Origin: Dehalococcoidia bacterium | Lineage (GTDB): Bacteria > Chloroflexota > Dehalococcoidia > UBA6926 | Length of the DNA stretch: 64,000 bases | Assembly: GCA_963666115.2 (NCBI GenBank) | Contig: CAXXET010000001.1 | Location: forward strand, 1-64,000 | Direction: 5' to 3' | In this document: piece after piece, positions 28,714-40,347 of the stretch | How positions within the stretch are numbered: the stretch's first letter is position 1 | Layout: each line of letters opens with the position of its first letter | Translations under genes and position numbers: made by a program | Notes under the pieces: generated by a model | What the model was told of the DNA's origin: nothing | Database searches by the model: none | What the model saw: the letters and a program-made list of their open reading frames with translations, nothing else

Positions 28714-28845
28714 AGGCGATCACGCCTCAACCCGGCTCTCTTCTTGAGGTGAAGGGGCCTTTGTCCGTAAATTCTTCTTGCTTGCCAGATGCCAAAGTGA
28801 AATAGGCAAGGAGGCAAGGCAGTAGGCGAAGAAAGGACGAGGGAC

Positions 28846-29778
28846 ATGGCGATTCAGACTCTCCGCAAGCTTCGCGACCTGTTTGTGGAACAGTCGACAG
28901 ATATTTCGAAGCGATTGGGTTATGTTCGAGAGTCGCATAGAAGTGGCGTCGACTGGGGTTCAATGAGACTCGGTGAGGAGGCGATTACAAACTTGCTGCT
29001 GCTGGATCTCTTTGAGCAAGGGAGTACGGTGCTCCACTTCACGCAAGCATCCAGGCGTCATGAATCTGTTTCAGGGGTCGATTTCGAGTTGTGGATTGGT
29101 TCCGAAAGTACGGGGTGGTTCCGATTCGCAATTCAGGCAAAGAAGATCGACCCGAAAGCGAACACCGGCAGATACTCTTCTCTACGACATGAAACTCCAA
29201 CAGGGAATCAGCAGATTGACCTCCTGGAAGACTATGCGCGAGTCAAACAGGCCGCTCCCATCTATTTCCTTTACAACCACACCGCCGATGCCGGGGCTGA
29301 ACACTGGCACTGCTGTACCAAGGAGCCCGCCGACATTACGCTTGCCGACCTCCAAGAGCTTGGCTGCACCATGACGCCTTCAATCAACATCCGCAATGCC
29401 ATAGACAAACGGGGCACCAGGACTTTCGATAGTATTCACAAGAACGAGGACACCCTTCCGCTGAAGTGTTTATTGTGCCCAGAGGTCTTGAAATCAGCCG
29501 GTTTCACGTCGGCGAGTGATTCCACGGAACAGGAGAGGGATATGCCCACCCTTTCCAACCCAAGGTCCTACTATCACAGGACGATCCCACGCGCGCTTCT
29601 TGAGAAACCCAAGGATGCTGTCGAGAACGAGCGCGGAGGTTCACGCATTTCCCTGTCAGGGGATAACTGGGACGCAGATGACGGGGCGATGGATGGCCCC
29701 AGTCTTCAAGCTCGCAGTGGAGTAGGGCGGCCGAAAGCGGTGGCGGTGATAGAGGTGGACGAGCTGGGGAGTGTATGA
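28846..29778 (+). CDS. PD-(D/E)XK-like protein (DUF6615-like)
   Basis: EEAIT...ESVSGVDFELW...FAIQAKK restriction-fold pattern; GAGG RBS. Confidence 0.7.
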   Translation: MAIQTLRKLRDLFVEQSTDISKRLGYVRESHRSGVDWGSMRLGEEAITNLLLLDLFEQGSTVLHFTQASRRHESVSGVDFELWIGSESTGWFRFAIQAKKIDPKANTGRYSSLRHETPTGNQQIDLLEDYARVKQAAPIYFLYNHTADAGAEHWHCCTKEPADITLADLQELGCTMTPSINIRNAIDKRGTRTFDSIHKNEDTLPLKCLLCPEVLKSAGFTSASDSTEQERDMPTLSNPRSYYHRTIPRALLEKPKDAVENERGGSRISLSGDNWDADDGAMDGPSLQARSGVGRPKAVAVIEVDELGSV

Positions 29779-29830
29779 TTTCCTCTCGCCTCAGATGCTA
29801 CGGGGCGTCTTGCAGTCTCATCGCGCCTTT

Positions 29831-29857
29831 GGATTCTTCGCTGCGCTCAGAATGACA
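29831..29857 (+). repeat. REP-like hairpin type B
   Basis: GGATTCTTCGCTGCGCTCAGAATGACA, identical to 16239 and 18243. Confidence 0.88.
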
Positions 29858-29893
29858 TTGGGGCGCTGGACGTTTCCCTTAGGGAGAGGGGCG

Positions 29894-30781
29894 TTAGGAC
29901 AAGTCCCAGACGCGGGCTTTGCCGTCTGCTGCTGTTACGGCCAGGAGGTTGGCGTCCGGGGTGAAGGCGGCCAGGTGGACGCCCTTGATGGATAGCGGGT
30001 ATTCGGCTACGGATTCGAGCGAGGGCAGGGTTAGTACGCGGACGCGTTTTTCTTCGAGGACGGCTAGTCGGGTGCCGTTGGGGGAGAGTCTTACGGAGCG
30101 GGGGGCTTTTGAGCCGATGTCAAAGGTCTGCGTTAGTGACCAGTCTGTAGTCGACCACATATGAATCTGACCGTCGAATGCCTGCGTCATGACGGAAGAG
30201 CCATCTTGGGTGAGTTGCATGGCCCGGGCGGATTGGGCGTGGCCGGGGAGGGTTGCGGTGATTTCGGCGGTGTTGATGTTCCATATCAGGGCTTCGTCTC
30301 CGCCGCCTGCTGAGATTAGGGTTTTGGCGTCGGGGAGGAACTCTACGGCGGCGCTGATGCGGTATGGGGGTTTTAGGGTGGCGGGCTTGGCGTCCGGGGT
30401 GCTTGGGTTCCAGATTCGGATCGTGGTGTCGGTGGCGGCGGATGCGAGGCGGCTGCCGTCCGGCGACCATGACAGGCCCATGACGGTGTTGCGGTGGCCT
30501 TTGAGGATGGCGGCGGGTTCTTGCGAGCCGGCGCGCCAGATGCTGATTGTGCGGTCGGATGAGGAGACGGCGAAGGTGTCGTTGTCCGGGGCGAAGGCTA
30601 TGTGGTTCGTGCTCTTTTCGTGGTGGACGTACTGGCCGACTTCATGCCAGGAAGCGGTGTCATAGACTCGGATGAGGCCGCCGAATCCACCGACGAGCAG
30701 ACGCTTGCCGTCCGGCGAGAACGCGACGGCGTAGGCGTGGCCCTCAAAGGCGTCCAGTTCTGCTATGAGTTGTCCGGTCAC
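29894..30781 (-). CDS. WD40-repeat beta-propeller protein
   Basis: About 7 GH...SPDG...IRIW/VWD repeats; AGGAG RBS before GTG 30781. Confidence 0.92.
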   Translation of the reverse strand: MTGQLIAELDAFEGHAYAVAFSPDGKRLLVGGFGGLIRVYDTASWHEVGQYVHHEKSTNHIAFAPDNDTFAVSSSDRTISIWRAGSQEPAAILKGHRNTVMGLSWSPDGSRLASAATDTTIRIWNPSTPDAKPATLKPPYRISAAVEFLPDAKTLISAGGGDEALIWNINTAEITATLPGHAQSARAMQLTQDGSSVMTQAFDGQIHMWSTTDWSLTQTFDIGSKAPRSVRLSPNGTRLAVLEEKRVRVLTLPSLESVAEYPLSIKGVHLAAFTPDANLLAVTAADGKARVWDLS

Positions 30782-30890
30782 GGTCGGTCTCCTGCTGCTG
30801 CCTGTGAATGGAGGATAGTTTCGCACTACAGGATAGCGATTCGCGGCGCGCGGGGAAACAGAGCGGGCTGATTGCAACTACACTGGGGCT

Positions 30891-31601
30891 ATGGTCAAGA
30901 AAGACGCCGATGACGGCAGCGAGCACGTGAGCGTGAATGGGCTGAGCGAGCAGTTCGGCACGGGCTATTCGTCGTCGCAGTTGTCCGGATACCGGAAGAA
31001 CGGGCTGGGACAGCGGGCGTTGGCGGTTATCGAGTTCCTGCAGGAGCGCGGGCTGGAGGGGAAATCGGTGCTGGACATCGGCAGCGGGATCGGCGCGCTG
31101 CACATGGAACTGGTGTTGGCGGGGGCCGAGAGAGCGACGGGGGTGGATGCTTCACCAACGAATATCGCGGCGGCGCTGGAATTGGCCGCGGACCTGAATT
31201 TGGCGGACAGGGTAGAGGAGCGGCAGGGTGATTTCGTCCAGCTGCAAGACTCCGTTCCCGAGGCCGATATCGTGACGCTTGACCGCGCGATTTGATGCTA
31301 TCCGTCCGTCCAGCAGTTGCTGGCTGCTTCCGGGGCGCACTCTCGCGAGTACGTGGCGTTGACGATGCCGCGGCGGACGGTGTTGATGCGAGTGGGGATC
31401 CGGGTTATCAATTTGTTGCTGGGAGTGGCGCGGAAGAAGTTCCGTGTCTATGACCATTCGCCGGCGGTCATTGATGAGACACTTCGGGGGGCGGGGTTTC
31501 GGAAGGTTTTGGAGCGGCCGGCGGGGTTGTGGGAGGCGCGGGTTTATGAGCGGGAGGGGCGGGCGGGGGTTAAGGACGCCGGCGCTGGACCTGGTTCATG
31601 A
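30891..31601 (+). CDS. Class I SAM methyltransferase with in-frame TGA (candidate selenocysteine)
   Basis: VLDIGSGIG, GVDAS, GDF; DRAI-TGA-CYP at 31293-31295; downstream ORF is in the same frame. Confidence 0.8.
31308..31324 (+). promoter_or_regulatory. Candidate bacterial SECIS hairpin
   Basis: G(T)CCAGC-AGTT-GCTGGC; apical loop begins 19 nt after the UGA. Confidence 0.5.
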
Positions 31602-32163
31602 AGGCTTGGTCGATTTCGTGGCGCATATCAACTAAATCCCACAGTTCGTTCGAATAGCCGCTGACAGCCGACCGATACGGACCGTGGAACAACCAGATGG
31701 AAACGCCTTCTTCTCGAGCCATGGCGACTGCGGGAATGAGGTCACTATCGCCCGTGATAATTGCGAAATGCGTTACGACTTGCTTGGCGCTAAGCCGCAC
31801 AATATCCGAGGCAATCTGGACGTCCACTTGCTTCTGTTCGAGGTTCAGTCTTCCTGCCTCGTCAGTACCGCGCAGAACCAGCCTGCCAAGCCGCACTTCA
31901 AATCTGGGCAGCCGCCTCAACCGCTCGATAAATCTGGCAGCACGAGCATAGCGGGAAGCTTCCTCAGGCGTAGGGGGTTCACTCCGAAACGGAAGCGCGG
32001 TGTAGTAATACGTCCGGAACAGCCGCACCGGCTCGTCTTCGGAAGAACGAACAATCCCCTGAATAGCCTCGCTCAATGCCCGATAGTCGACCCTGACATG
32101 GAATTCTTCTTGCGCCACCTTGTCAAGGTAGCCTCCGTCGATGAGGATTGCGAGCGAAGCCAT
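31570..32163 (-). CDS. NYN (LabA/DUF88) domain PIN-like nuclease
   Basis: ILIDGGY, YYY, QKQVDV, TGDSDLIP. Confidence 0.92.
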   Translation of the reverse strand: MASLAILIDGGYLDKVAQEEFHVRVDYRALSEAIQGIVRSSEDEPVRLFRTYYYTALPFRSEPPTPEEASRYARAARFIERLRRLPRFEVRLGRLVLRGTDEAGRLNLEQKQVDVQIASDIVRLSAKQVVTHFAIITGDSDLIPAVAMAREEGVSIWLFHGPYRSAVSGYSNELWDLVDMRHEIDQAFMNQVQRRRP

Positions 32164-32352
32164 TGAGTACCCTCTCAGAAAAAAAGACGGAGGGCCGGTC
32201 AGACCGACTCTCCGCCTAAACTCAACTTGACGTCCTTTTCCACTCGTAGTGGTAGGACCCCAAGGGTCATACTGCCCTCAACTGTACAGCCATAACGACC
32301 ACGCGTCAACGGCGTGAGATCTGAAGTGCGCACGATCCTGTTCCCGCTGCGC

Positions 32353-33331
<979 letters not shown>

Positions 33332-33343
33332 TTAGCGCGCGTC

Positions 33344-34439
33344 TCAGGAGCGCTTGCCGGCTTGCATCTTCTGGATGATGGCGTCTGCCATTTCCTGCGT
33401 GCCGACGGCGGTGGGGTCGTTGCGGTCCGTCTTGAAATCGTACGTGACGTCCTTGCCTTCGCGTATGACCTCGGCAACCGCGCCCTCGACGCGCTCGGCG
33501 GCTTCCTGCTCATTGAGGTAGCGGAGCATGAGCGCGCCGGTGAGGACCGTGGCCGTTGGATTTACGCGATTTTGGCCGGTGTAGCGGGGGGCGGAGCCGT
33601 GGACAGGCTCAAAGACCGCGCCGCTCTCGCCGATGTTGCCACCGGGGGCGAGGCCGAGGCCGCCGACCAGACCGGCGCAGAGGTCGGAAACGATGTCGCC
33701 GTAGAGATTGGGCAGTACGAGAACGTCATACTCCTCCGGGCGGGAGACCATTTGCATACTGAGGTTATCCACGATGCGGTCGTTGAACTCAATATCGGGA
33801 TAGTCCTTGGCGACGTTCTGGGCGACTTCAAGGAAAAGGCCGTCCGAGAACTTCATGATGTTGGCCTTGTGGACGGCGGTGACGAGCTTGCGGTTGTTGG
33901 CCTTGGCGTATTCAAAAGCGAACCTGACGATGCGCTCGCTGCCGGTGACGGAGATGGGCTTGATGGAGATGGCGGAATCGTCGCGGATGGGCTGGCCGGA
34001 GGCGTTGCGGAGGAACTCTATGACTTCCGACGTGCCCCTCGGCGTCCTTTTCAAATTCGACGCCGGCGTACAGGTCTTCCGTGTTTTCCCGGACGACAAC
34101 GATGTCCACGTTGGTGTAGCGGGATCGGACGCCTGGGTAGCTCTTGGACGGGCGCAGGTTGGCATAGAGGTCCAGGGCCTTGCGGAGGGCTACGTTTGCG
34201 CTGCGGAATCCCGTGCCGACGGGCGTCGTGAGGGGACCCTTGATGCCGACTCCATTCTTTCGAATAGACTCCAGGACTCGATCGGGGATCAATTCTCCCT
34301 CGCGTTCAAGGACGGCCTCGCCGGCCTCCTGGACATCCCAGTTGAATTCGATGCCCGTCGCTTCGATAACGCGGCGCATTGCGCCGGATACTTCGGGCCC
34401 AATTCCGTCGCCCGGAATGAATGTGACGTCATACGCCAT
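33344..34439 (-). CDS. icd: Isocitrate dehydrogenase (NAD-type IDH/IPMDH family; frameshift ~34035)
   Basis: [44 protein letters not shown]. Confidence 0.88.
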
Positions 34440-34462
34440 CGTGCTATCTCCTCCTCTGCGAT

Positions 34463-36364
34463 CTACTCAGGCGGGCCAATGACGGCCAGGATGTCGCCGC
34501 GGGCGACGCGGTCGCCGGCGGCGCGGGGCAGTTCAAGGATGACGCCGTCCACCGGGGACGGGAGCATGTTCTGCATCTTCATCGCCTCAATCACGATGAC
34601 GGTGTCGCCGGCCTTGACGGCCTGGCCGACCTCCACCTCATGGCGAATGACGAGGCCGGGCATGGGGGATGTGAGAAGCGCGCCTCCCTCGGGGGCGTTC
34701 TGCGTGGACGGGGCAGGGGTGTCCGGGGCGGGGGGCGGAGGCTGCGGCGTCCGGAGGCCGCCGGGGCGGGGGGCCATTGGGCGCACGCGCGGGTTTGCCT
34801 GGCCGTCTGCGGGATCGACGATGACCTGGAACCGCTCCGCGCCGACATGGACATTAAAGGTGCGGGCGGCGGGGCTGAGGTCCTCGGGCGGCGCCGCCGT
34901 CGCGGGCGCGCCCTCGGCAGGCGGGCGGTAGTCGGGGCCGACCTCGGGCGGCGGCTCTTCGAGGCCGTACTTCCAGCGGAGGAAGCGGAGGCCGGTGACG
35001 GGGTAGAGGGCATAGATGAGGACATCGCCGTCGTCCTTCGCCACATCTTTGGTGGCCTCGCGGGCGGCGTCCATCTCAGGGTCAAGGATGTCGGCGGGGC
35101 GTCCCTTGGTGGGCCGGCTGCCGCGCTCATAGCCCTTGAGGGCGGTTCGCTGGACGGCCTTGTCCATGGGGAGGGGGGGCTGGCCGTAGAGGCCGTAGGC
35201 GTAGTCCTTGACCTGCTGGCTGACCAGTTCGTAGCGTCCAAAGAGGACGTTCTGGACGGCCTGGATTCCCACGATCTGGCTTGTCGGGGTGACGAGGGGC
35301 GGGTAGCCGAGGTCCTTGCGGGTCTGCGGCAGCTCTTCGAGCACCTCGGGCAGGCGGTCGAGGGCGTCGGCCTCGGCGAGCTGGGACATGAGGTTGGAGG
35401 TCATGCCGCCCGGCACCTGGTGCGTGAGGACGCTGGTGTCGATGATGCTGAACTTCTTGGTGTCCAGCAGGTGCATGTATTTCTCTTGAAGGATCTCTTC
35501 AAGCCGGTCGCTGGCCTGGATGAGGCGGTTGAGGTCGATTCCGGGGTCGCGCGGCGTGCCCTCAAGCGCGACGACGAGCGGCTCAGTGGCGGGGTGGGCG
35601 GTGCGGAGGGCAAGGGGGGAGAGATCGGTATCGACGATATCGACGCCGGCCTCGATGGCCTTGAGCTGCGTCATCTGTCCAAGGCCGGACGTGTAGTGCG
35701 TATGCAGGTGGATGGGGATATCGACAGCGTCCTTGAGGGCGCTTATCAGGTCGTAGGCGTCATAGGGAGCGAGCAGGGCGGCCATGTCCTTGACGCAGAG
35801 GGAATGGGCGCCCATCTTCTCGATCTCTTTGGCCTTGTCAACGAAGTAGTCGCGCGTGAAAACGGGCCCGCCCATGTGGCGGTCAGTGACGGAGTAGCAG
35901 ACGGTGCCCTGGATGTGCTTGCCACTGTCCGCGACGGCCTGGAATGCGGTTTCAAAGTTGCGCGTGTCATTGAGGGCGTCAAAGACGCGGAAGATATCGA
36001 CGCCGACCTCCGCAGACTGGCGGACGAACGCGTGGACGACATCATCCGGGTAGTTGCGGTAGCCGACGAGGTTCTGGCCGCGGAGGAGCATCATGAAGGG
36101 GGTCTTGGGGGCGGCGGACTTGAGGAGCCGCACGCGCTCCCAGGGGTCTTCATTAAGGAAGCGGGTCATGACGTCAAAGGTCGCGCCGCCCCACACCTCA
36201 AATGCGTGGAAGCCGACATCATCCAACATGCCGATGATTTCAAGGATGTCCGGCGTCCTCATGCGGGTGGCGAGGATGGACTGGTGGCCGTCACGGAGGG
36301 TGATGTCCGCGATGCGGACGGGCGTGGCGTCGGCGGCGAATGGGCTTGCGCCGTTTGTCGTCAT
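34463..36364 (-). CDS. Pyruvate/oxaloacetate carboxyltransferase with C-terminal biotin carrier (PycB/OadA/5S-1.3S-like)
   Basis: [35 protein letters not shown]. Confidence 0.93.
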   Translation of the reverse strand: MTTNGASPFAADATPVRIADITLRDGHQSILATRMRTPDILEIIGMLDDVGFHAFEVWGGATFDVMTRFLNEDPWERVRLLKSAAPKTPFMMLLRGQNLVGYRNYPDDVVHAFVRQSAEVGVDIFRVFDALNDTRNFETAFQAVADSGKHIQGTVCYSVTDRHMGGPVFTRDYFVDKAKEIEKMGAHSLCVKDMAALLAPYDAYDLISALKDAVDIPIHLHTHYTSGLGQMTQLKAIEAGVDIVDTDLSPLALRTAHPATEPLVVALEGTPRDPGIDLNRLIQASDRLEEILQEKYMHLLDTKKFSIIDTSVLTHQVPGGMTSNLMSQLAEADALDRLPEVLEELPQTRKDLGYPPLVTPTSQIVGIQAVQNVLFGRYELVSQQVKDYAYGLYGQPPLPMDKAVQRTALKGYERGSRPTKGRPADILDPEMDAAREATKDVAKDDGDVLIYALYPVTGLRFLRWKYGLEEPPPEVGPDYRPPAEGAPATAAPPEDLSPAARTFNVHVGAERFQVIVDPADGQANPRVRPMAPRPGGLRTPQPPPPAPDTPAPSTQNAPEGGALLTSPMPGLVIRHEVEVGQAVKAGDTVIVIEAMKMQNMLPSPVDGVILELPRAAGDRVARGDILAVIGPPE

Positions 36365-36594
36365 CAGGTTGTTCTCCCAGGGAGCCGGGACGCGGCGCGC
36401 CGGCGGAAGGGGAGGGCGGGCAGGGTTCGCCCGGTGGCGTACCGCATGCTCATCGCCACGTGCCGGCCCCGCAAGCGCCACGAATCCGTGGACGAGGAGG
36501 CAAGGTCGTGCCTGGGCATTTCGTCCTGCTCGTAGGCTTCGATGGCCGCGATGATCGCGGCGCGCAGGCTTTCGCTTATGTCGTTCGTGGTCAT
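36364..36594 (-). CDS. Small acyl-CoA carboxylase epsilon-like subunit
   Basis: AAIIAAIEAY...SWRLRGR; translationally coupled on both sides. Confidence 0.65.
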   Translation of the reverse strand: MTTNDISESLRAAIIAAIEAYEQDEMPRHDLASSSTDSWRLRGRHVAMSMRYATGRTLPALPFRRRAASRLPGRTT

Positions 36595-38174
36595 AGGGGG
36601 ATGTTCCCGTGCTTGCGCGGGGGCATTGTATCGCGTTTGTTGCGCAGCATATCAAGAGCGCGGATGATGAGCTTGCGCGTGTCGGCGGGATCGATCACGT
36701 CCTCGATGTAGCCGCGCGCGGCGGCGATATAGGGGTTCAGGAACTGGTCGTTGTACTCCTCGATGGCGCGCTGCCGCTCCTCATCGGGGTTCTCCGCGCT
36801 GCGGATGCGGTCACGGAAGATGATGTCCGCCGCGCCCTCGGAGCCCATGACGGCCATCTCGGCGCCGGGCCAGGCGTAGCCGATGTCGCCGCGCAGCATC
36901 TGGGAGGACATGACGAGGAACGCGCCGCCGTAGGACTTGCGGGTGACGACGCTGACCTTGGGGACGGTGGCCTCGGCGTAGGCGTAGAGGAGTTTCGCGC
37001 CGTGCATGATGATGCCGTTGTGCTCCTGCTCGACGCCGGGGAGGTAGCCGGGGACATCCGTGAGGGTGACGATGGGGATGTTGAAGGCATCGCAGAATCG
37101 GACGAACCGGGCGGCCTTGATGGCGGCGTTGATGTCCAGGGTGCCGGCGAGAACCATCGGCTGCTGGGAGACAATGCCGACCGACCGACCGTTGAAGCGG
37201 GCAAAGCCGACGACGATGTTTGCGGCCCACCGGGAATGGACTTCGAGGAACTCGCCGTTATCGACGATGGCCTGGATGACATCGCGGACGTCATAGGGCT
37301 CGTTGGGGTTGACGGGCACAAGATCGCGGAGCTCGGGGCAGAGTCGATCCGGAGGGTCGTCGACGCCGAACTCGGGGGGATCGTCCTCGTTGTTGGAGGG
37401 CAGGTAGCTGAGGAGCTGGCGGGCGAGATCGAGGCACTCGTCCTCACCGGGGGCGGCAAAGTGGGCGACGCCGCTCTGCGTCGTGTGGGGCGTCGCGCCG
37501 CCAAGCTGCTCGTGGGTGACGACCTCGCCTGTGACGGCGCGGATGACGTCCGGCCCGGTGATGTACATCTGGCCGACGCCCTCCTCCATGATGATGAAGT
37601 CGGTGATGGCGGGGCTGTAGACGGCGCCGCCGGCGGAGGGGCCCATGATGAGGCTGATCTGGGGGATGACGCCGGATGCGAGGACGTTTCGGACGAAGAC
37701 GTTGCCGTAGCCGGCGAGGCTGTCCACGCCCTCCTGGATGCGCGCGCCGCCGGAGTCCATGATGCCGACGATGGGCGCGCCGGTCTTGGCGGCCATGTCC
37801 TGCACCTTGTTGATCTTGCGGGCGGCGGTGAGGGAGAGGGTGCCGCCGAGGACGGTGAAGTCAAAGGCGTAGATGAAGACGGTCCGGCCGTCCACCGTAC
37901 CGTAGCCCGTGACGACGGAGTCGCCGGGGACGCGGCGGTCAGCGAGGCCGAATTCAAGGACGTTGTGCGCGGTGAGGGCGTCAAGCTCAACAAAGGAATC
38001 CGGGTCAAAGAGTCGTTCGACGCGCTCATGCGCGGTGAGCTTGCCGCGGGCGTGCTGGCGCTCAACGGCTGCGGCGCCGCCACCGGCGCGGGAGGCCTCG
38101 TGGCGTTCGGCAAGCTCCTGGAGCTTATCCTGCATGGTCATGGGCTGTGCGATTCCACCCCCAGATTTGCTCAT
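36591..38174 (-). CDS. Acyl-CoA carboxyltransferase beta (PccB/MmdA/12S family)
   Basis: GKLTAHER, SGGARIQEG, GGAVYSPA, DVPGYLPG, KHGNIPL. Confidence 0.96.
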   Translation of the reverse strand: MSKSGGGIAQPMTMQDKLQELAERHEASRAGGGAAAVERQHARGKLTAHERVERLFDPDSFVELDALTAHNVLEFGLADRRVPGDSVVTGYGTVDGRTVFIYAFDFTVLGGTLSLTAARKINKVQDMAAKTGAPIVGIMDSGGARIQEGVDSLAGYGNVFVRNVLASGVIPQISLIMGPSAGGAVYSPAITDFIIMEEGVGQMYITGPDVIRAVTGEVVTHEQLGGATPHTTQSGVAHFAAPGEDECLDLARQLLSYLPSNNEDDPPEFGVDDPPDRLCPELRDLVPVNPNEPYDVRDVIQAIVDNGEFLEVHSRWAANIVVGFARFNGRSVGIVSQQPMVLAGTLDINAAIKAARFVRFCDAFNIPIVTLTDVPGYLPGVEQEHNGIIMHGAKLLYAYAEATVPKVSVVTRKSYGGAFLVMSSQMLRGDIGYAWPGAEMAVMGSEGAADIIFRDRIRSAENPDEERQRAIEEYNDQFLNPYIAAARGYIEDVIDPADTRKLIIRALDMLRNKRDTMPPRKHGNIPL

Positions 38175-38229
38175 TCAAGCGTGGGATTATGCTAGCAGAG
38201 CGCGGGGCGCGCGTATAGTGCGGGGGGCG

Positions 38230-38256
38230 CCCTTCGACGGGGCTCAGGGTGAACGG
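38230..38256 (+). repeat. REP-like hairpin type C
   Basis: CCCTTCGACGGGGCTCAGGGTGAACGG, identical to 40312-40338. Confidence 0.9.
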
Positions 38257-38260
38257 GAGG

Positions 38261-39091
38261 CTAGCCGGAGAGGGCCGCTAGTAGGTCCTGGGTAAGTGCA
38301 ACACTCGATTCAACGATGAATTCGGGATTCTCTTCAAGAGTACCGACGGCTCTGACCAAAAGCGCCGTACCTGTGCCTGATCGGGATCCGAAGAGATTTT
38401 GGAACGCCGACAGCGCCCCGGAGGTCACACTGCTCGAAATTGTATGCGCGCGCAAGCGACGGAATTCTGAGGCCAGTTCTGCTGTATCGATTGCGCGTAG
38501 GAGCCGATAGATATCGAAAGCATCTTTCTGGAGTGGCAGTCGACGACGATCATCGGGATCGTCTAAACGCTCATCTATCTTGTGCACTTTCGATACCAGC
38601 AGCGCCCCGGGGCCAGCCACCTTGAGGATGGTCGAGCGGCTGGAGGCGGGAACAAGAGACGTTATTTGCCTCTTTGTGTGGCTTACAAGGGCGCCTTCCA
38701 GTCCGTGAACTTTCATGGCCGCCCTGTTGCCGTGTGGACCAAGTCGGGCGGCTCTGCGGCCAGGTCCACCTGCGGCTTCCGGCACGAGCAAATCAACCTT
38801 CGCCGAATCATTTCTCGTGTAGAGTCCCGGTTGGTCTCCAAGCTCGAACCCTGCCCGGCCCATTGCTTCGACTATCGTAGGTTTGTCCTGCAGCAGGCCT
38901 GGGTCCAGAACGAGGTCCGCATCGTAGGTAAAGGGAGAAATGGCAAAGTCAGCATCAGCTTTTTCTGTGTGGACGTATATGGCCTGGGCGCCCACCAGGA
39001 TGACAGCATCGCGGTGAGGTTCCACTGCCTGGACGGCGTCCAGCAGGGTTTCCCGCGCTGCTATGTAGTCTTGTTCAGGGAGAGTTTCCAT
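38261..39091 (-). CDS. Nucleotidyltransferase-fold protein (AbiEii-like toxin)
   Basis: LVGAQAIY, TYDAD, K...R...KDAFD motifs. Confidence 0.8.
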   Translation of the reverse strand: METLPEQDYIAARETLLDAVQAVEPHRDAVILVGAQAIYVHTEKADADFAISPFTYDADLVLDPGLLQDKPTIVEAMGRAGFELGDQPGLYTRNDSAKVDLLVPEAAGGPGRRAARLGPHGNRAAMKVHGLEGALVSHTKRQITSLVPASSRSTILKVAGPGALLVSKVHKIDERLDDPDDRRRLPLQKDAFDIYRLLRAIDTAELASEFRRLRAHTISSSVTSGALSAFQNLFGSRSGTGTALLVRAVGTLEENPEFIVESSVALTQDLLAALSG

Positions 39092-40191
39092 GTGTCCTCA
39101 TTGTCCCGCATCCATTCCACCAAGGCATCCGCTTCCTGCGGAGCCCGCCCAGGGCCCGTCATCTGATCCAGCAAGACCTGGGTTACGCGGGCATACGTGA
39201 TGCCGCCGTCGTTTTCGACGCGCTCCAGCGCCACCGGGTCGAACGGGACTACGAGGAGGACGTTTCCTCCGGCGCCCGCCGGGCGCAAGCCCAAGGATTC
39301 GACAGCGGTCTCAGGGTCATCGACGTAGAGAGCTGCAAGGCGTGGCTCCGCAATTGGCGCGATGCGGGATGCAGCGAAGGAACCGGTCACGGCATAACGG
39401 AGTTTACTGTCGCGAAGACGGTTGAGCAGCGCTTCCGTCCCTCTTGGCTCAAGCCACGTCGTCACGGTGTTGGACGAGGTGAAGTCATAATCTGCGGCCC
39501 ATCGACGAGCCAGGGACTGCCAATCCACGGAGACGAACCGTCCTCTTGGGCCATCCTTCGTGACGATCTCATCCGGCTCCAGCAGGCTTGAGACCCTCGA
39601 AATCATGGCCGCAGAGGTCTCTGTTTCTGCGGCGAGCTCCCGGGTGCCAAAGGGAGTGCGGTAGTCCAGAAGACCCCGTACGACGCGCGCGGCGCGGCCT
39701 CCTTTGAGCGATCGGAGTGGCCGCTCCTCTCTATCCGGGTTCCTGTCGGCCCCTTGCGCCTCGATGTAAACCGCGGGGCGATCAGTCGTGAATCTGATGT
39801 TTCCGGTTGAGTCGGCGTAGCCTATCCCCACTTCCGCCAGGCGCTCCCTCGTGGCCGGGCTCAAGTAGGCGGATACGATCAGGATGGCGGGCGTCCTGCC
39901 GTCTTGGTCGCGCAACGCATTTGATGTCTCCTTCAACATGGCCGCCAGTTCTCTGACCATCCTCGGCTCGACGAGGTTCCGCTTGACCTCTACGATGATT
40001 TCGGACGAGATGCCATCAGGGTCACGGACTTGCCAGATTGCGTCGACCCGGCGGCGGGATTCCTGATTAAGTGGGACGCTACCTTCCTCATCCCGGTGGA
40101 GGAGCGCCCACTGCGACGGAAGACGCGAAGCGATTTGTTTGGCCGCCATCTCCAGAGGTTTTGTTTCTAATATGGGACTGTTTCGCATCAT
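39061..40191 (-). CDS. AbiEi-like antitoxin / wHTH regulator with N-terminal PD-(D/E)XK-like domain
   Basis: VDA...VEVKR, YADSTGN, HTH TRELAAET, YAVTGSFAA, Q..LD...GPGR..EA. Confidence 0.78.
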   Translation of the reverse strand: MMRNSPILETKPLEMAAKQIASRLPSQWALLHRDEEGSVPLNQESRRRVDAIWQVRDPDGISSEIIVEVKRNLVEPRMVRELAAMLKETSNALRDQDGRTPAILIVSAYLSPATRERLAEVGIGYADSTGNIRFTTDRPAVYIEAQGADRNPDREERPLRSLKGGRAARVVRGLLDYRTPFGTRELAAETETSAAMISRVSSLLEPDEIVTKDGPRGRFVSVDWQSLARRWAADYDFTSSNTVTTWLEPRGTEALLNRLRDSKLRYAVTGSFAASRIAPIAEPRLAALYVDDPETAVESLGLRPAGAGGNVLLVVPFDPVALERVENDGGITYARVTQVLLDQMTGPGRAPQEADALVEWMRDNEDTWKLSLNKTT

Positions 40192-40311
40192 GTGAAACAT
40201 GCTAATCGTTGCAACAATACCTGTCAAGGTCGGGGCTGTATGACCGGTAAGGGCAGACTTCGACTACCCCGGTTCCACGTGGGCGGGGGTATGATTTGGG
40301 GAGGGGGGGCA

Positions 40312-40338
40312 CCCTTCGACGGGGCTCAGGGTGAACGG
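40312..40338 (+). repeat. REP-like hairpin type C
   Basis: Direct repeat of 38230-38256. Confidence 0.9.
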
Positions 40339-40347
40339 GGGTGGCGG

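Noticed and set aside
30891-31601. Chlorophyll-pathway BchM assignment
   Set aside because: Only generic class I motifs are visible and there are no photosynthesis genes nearby.
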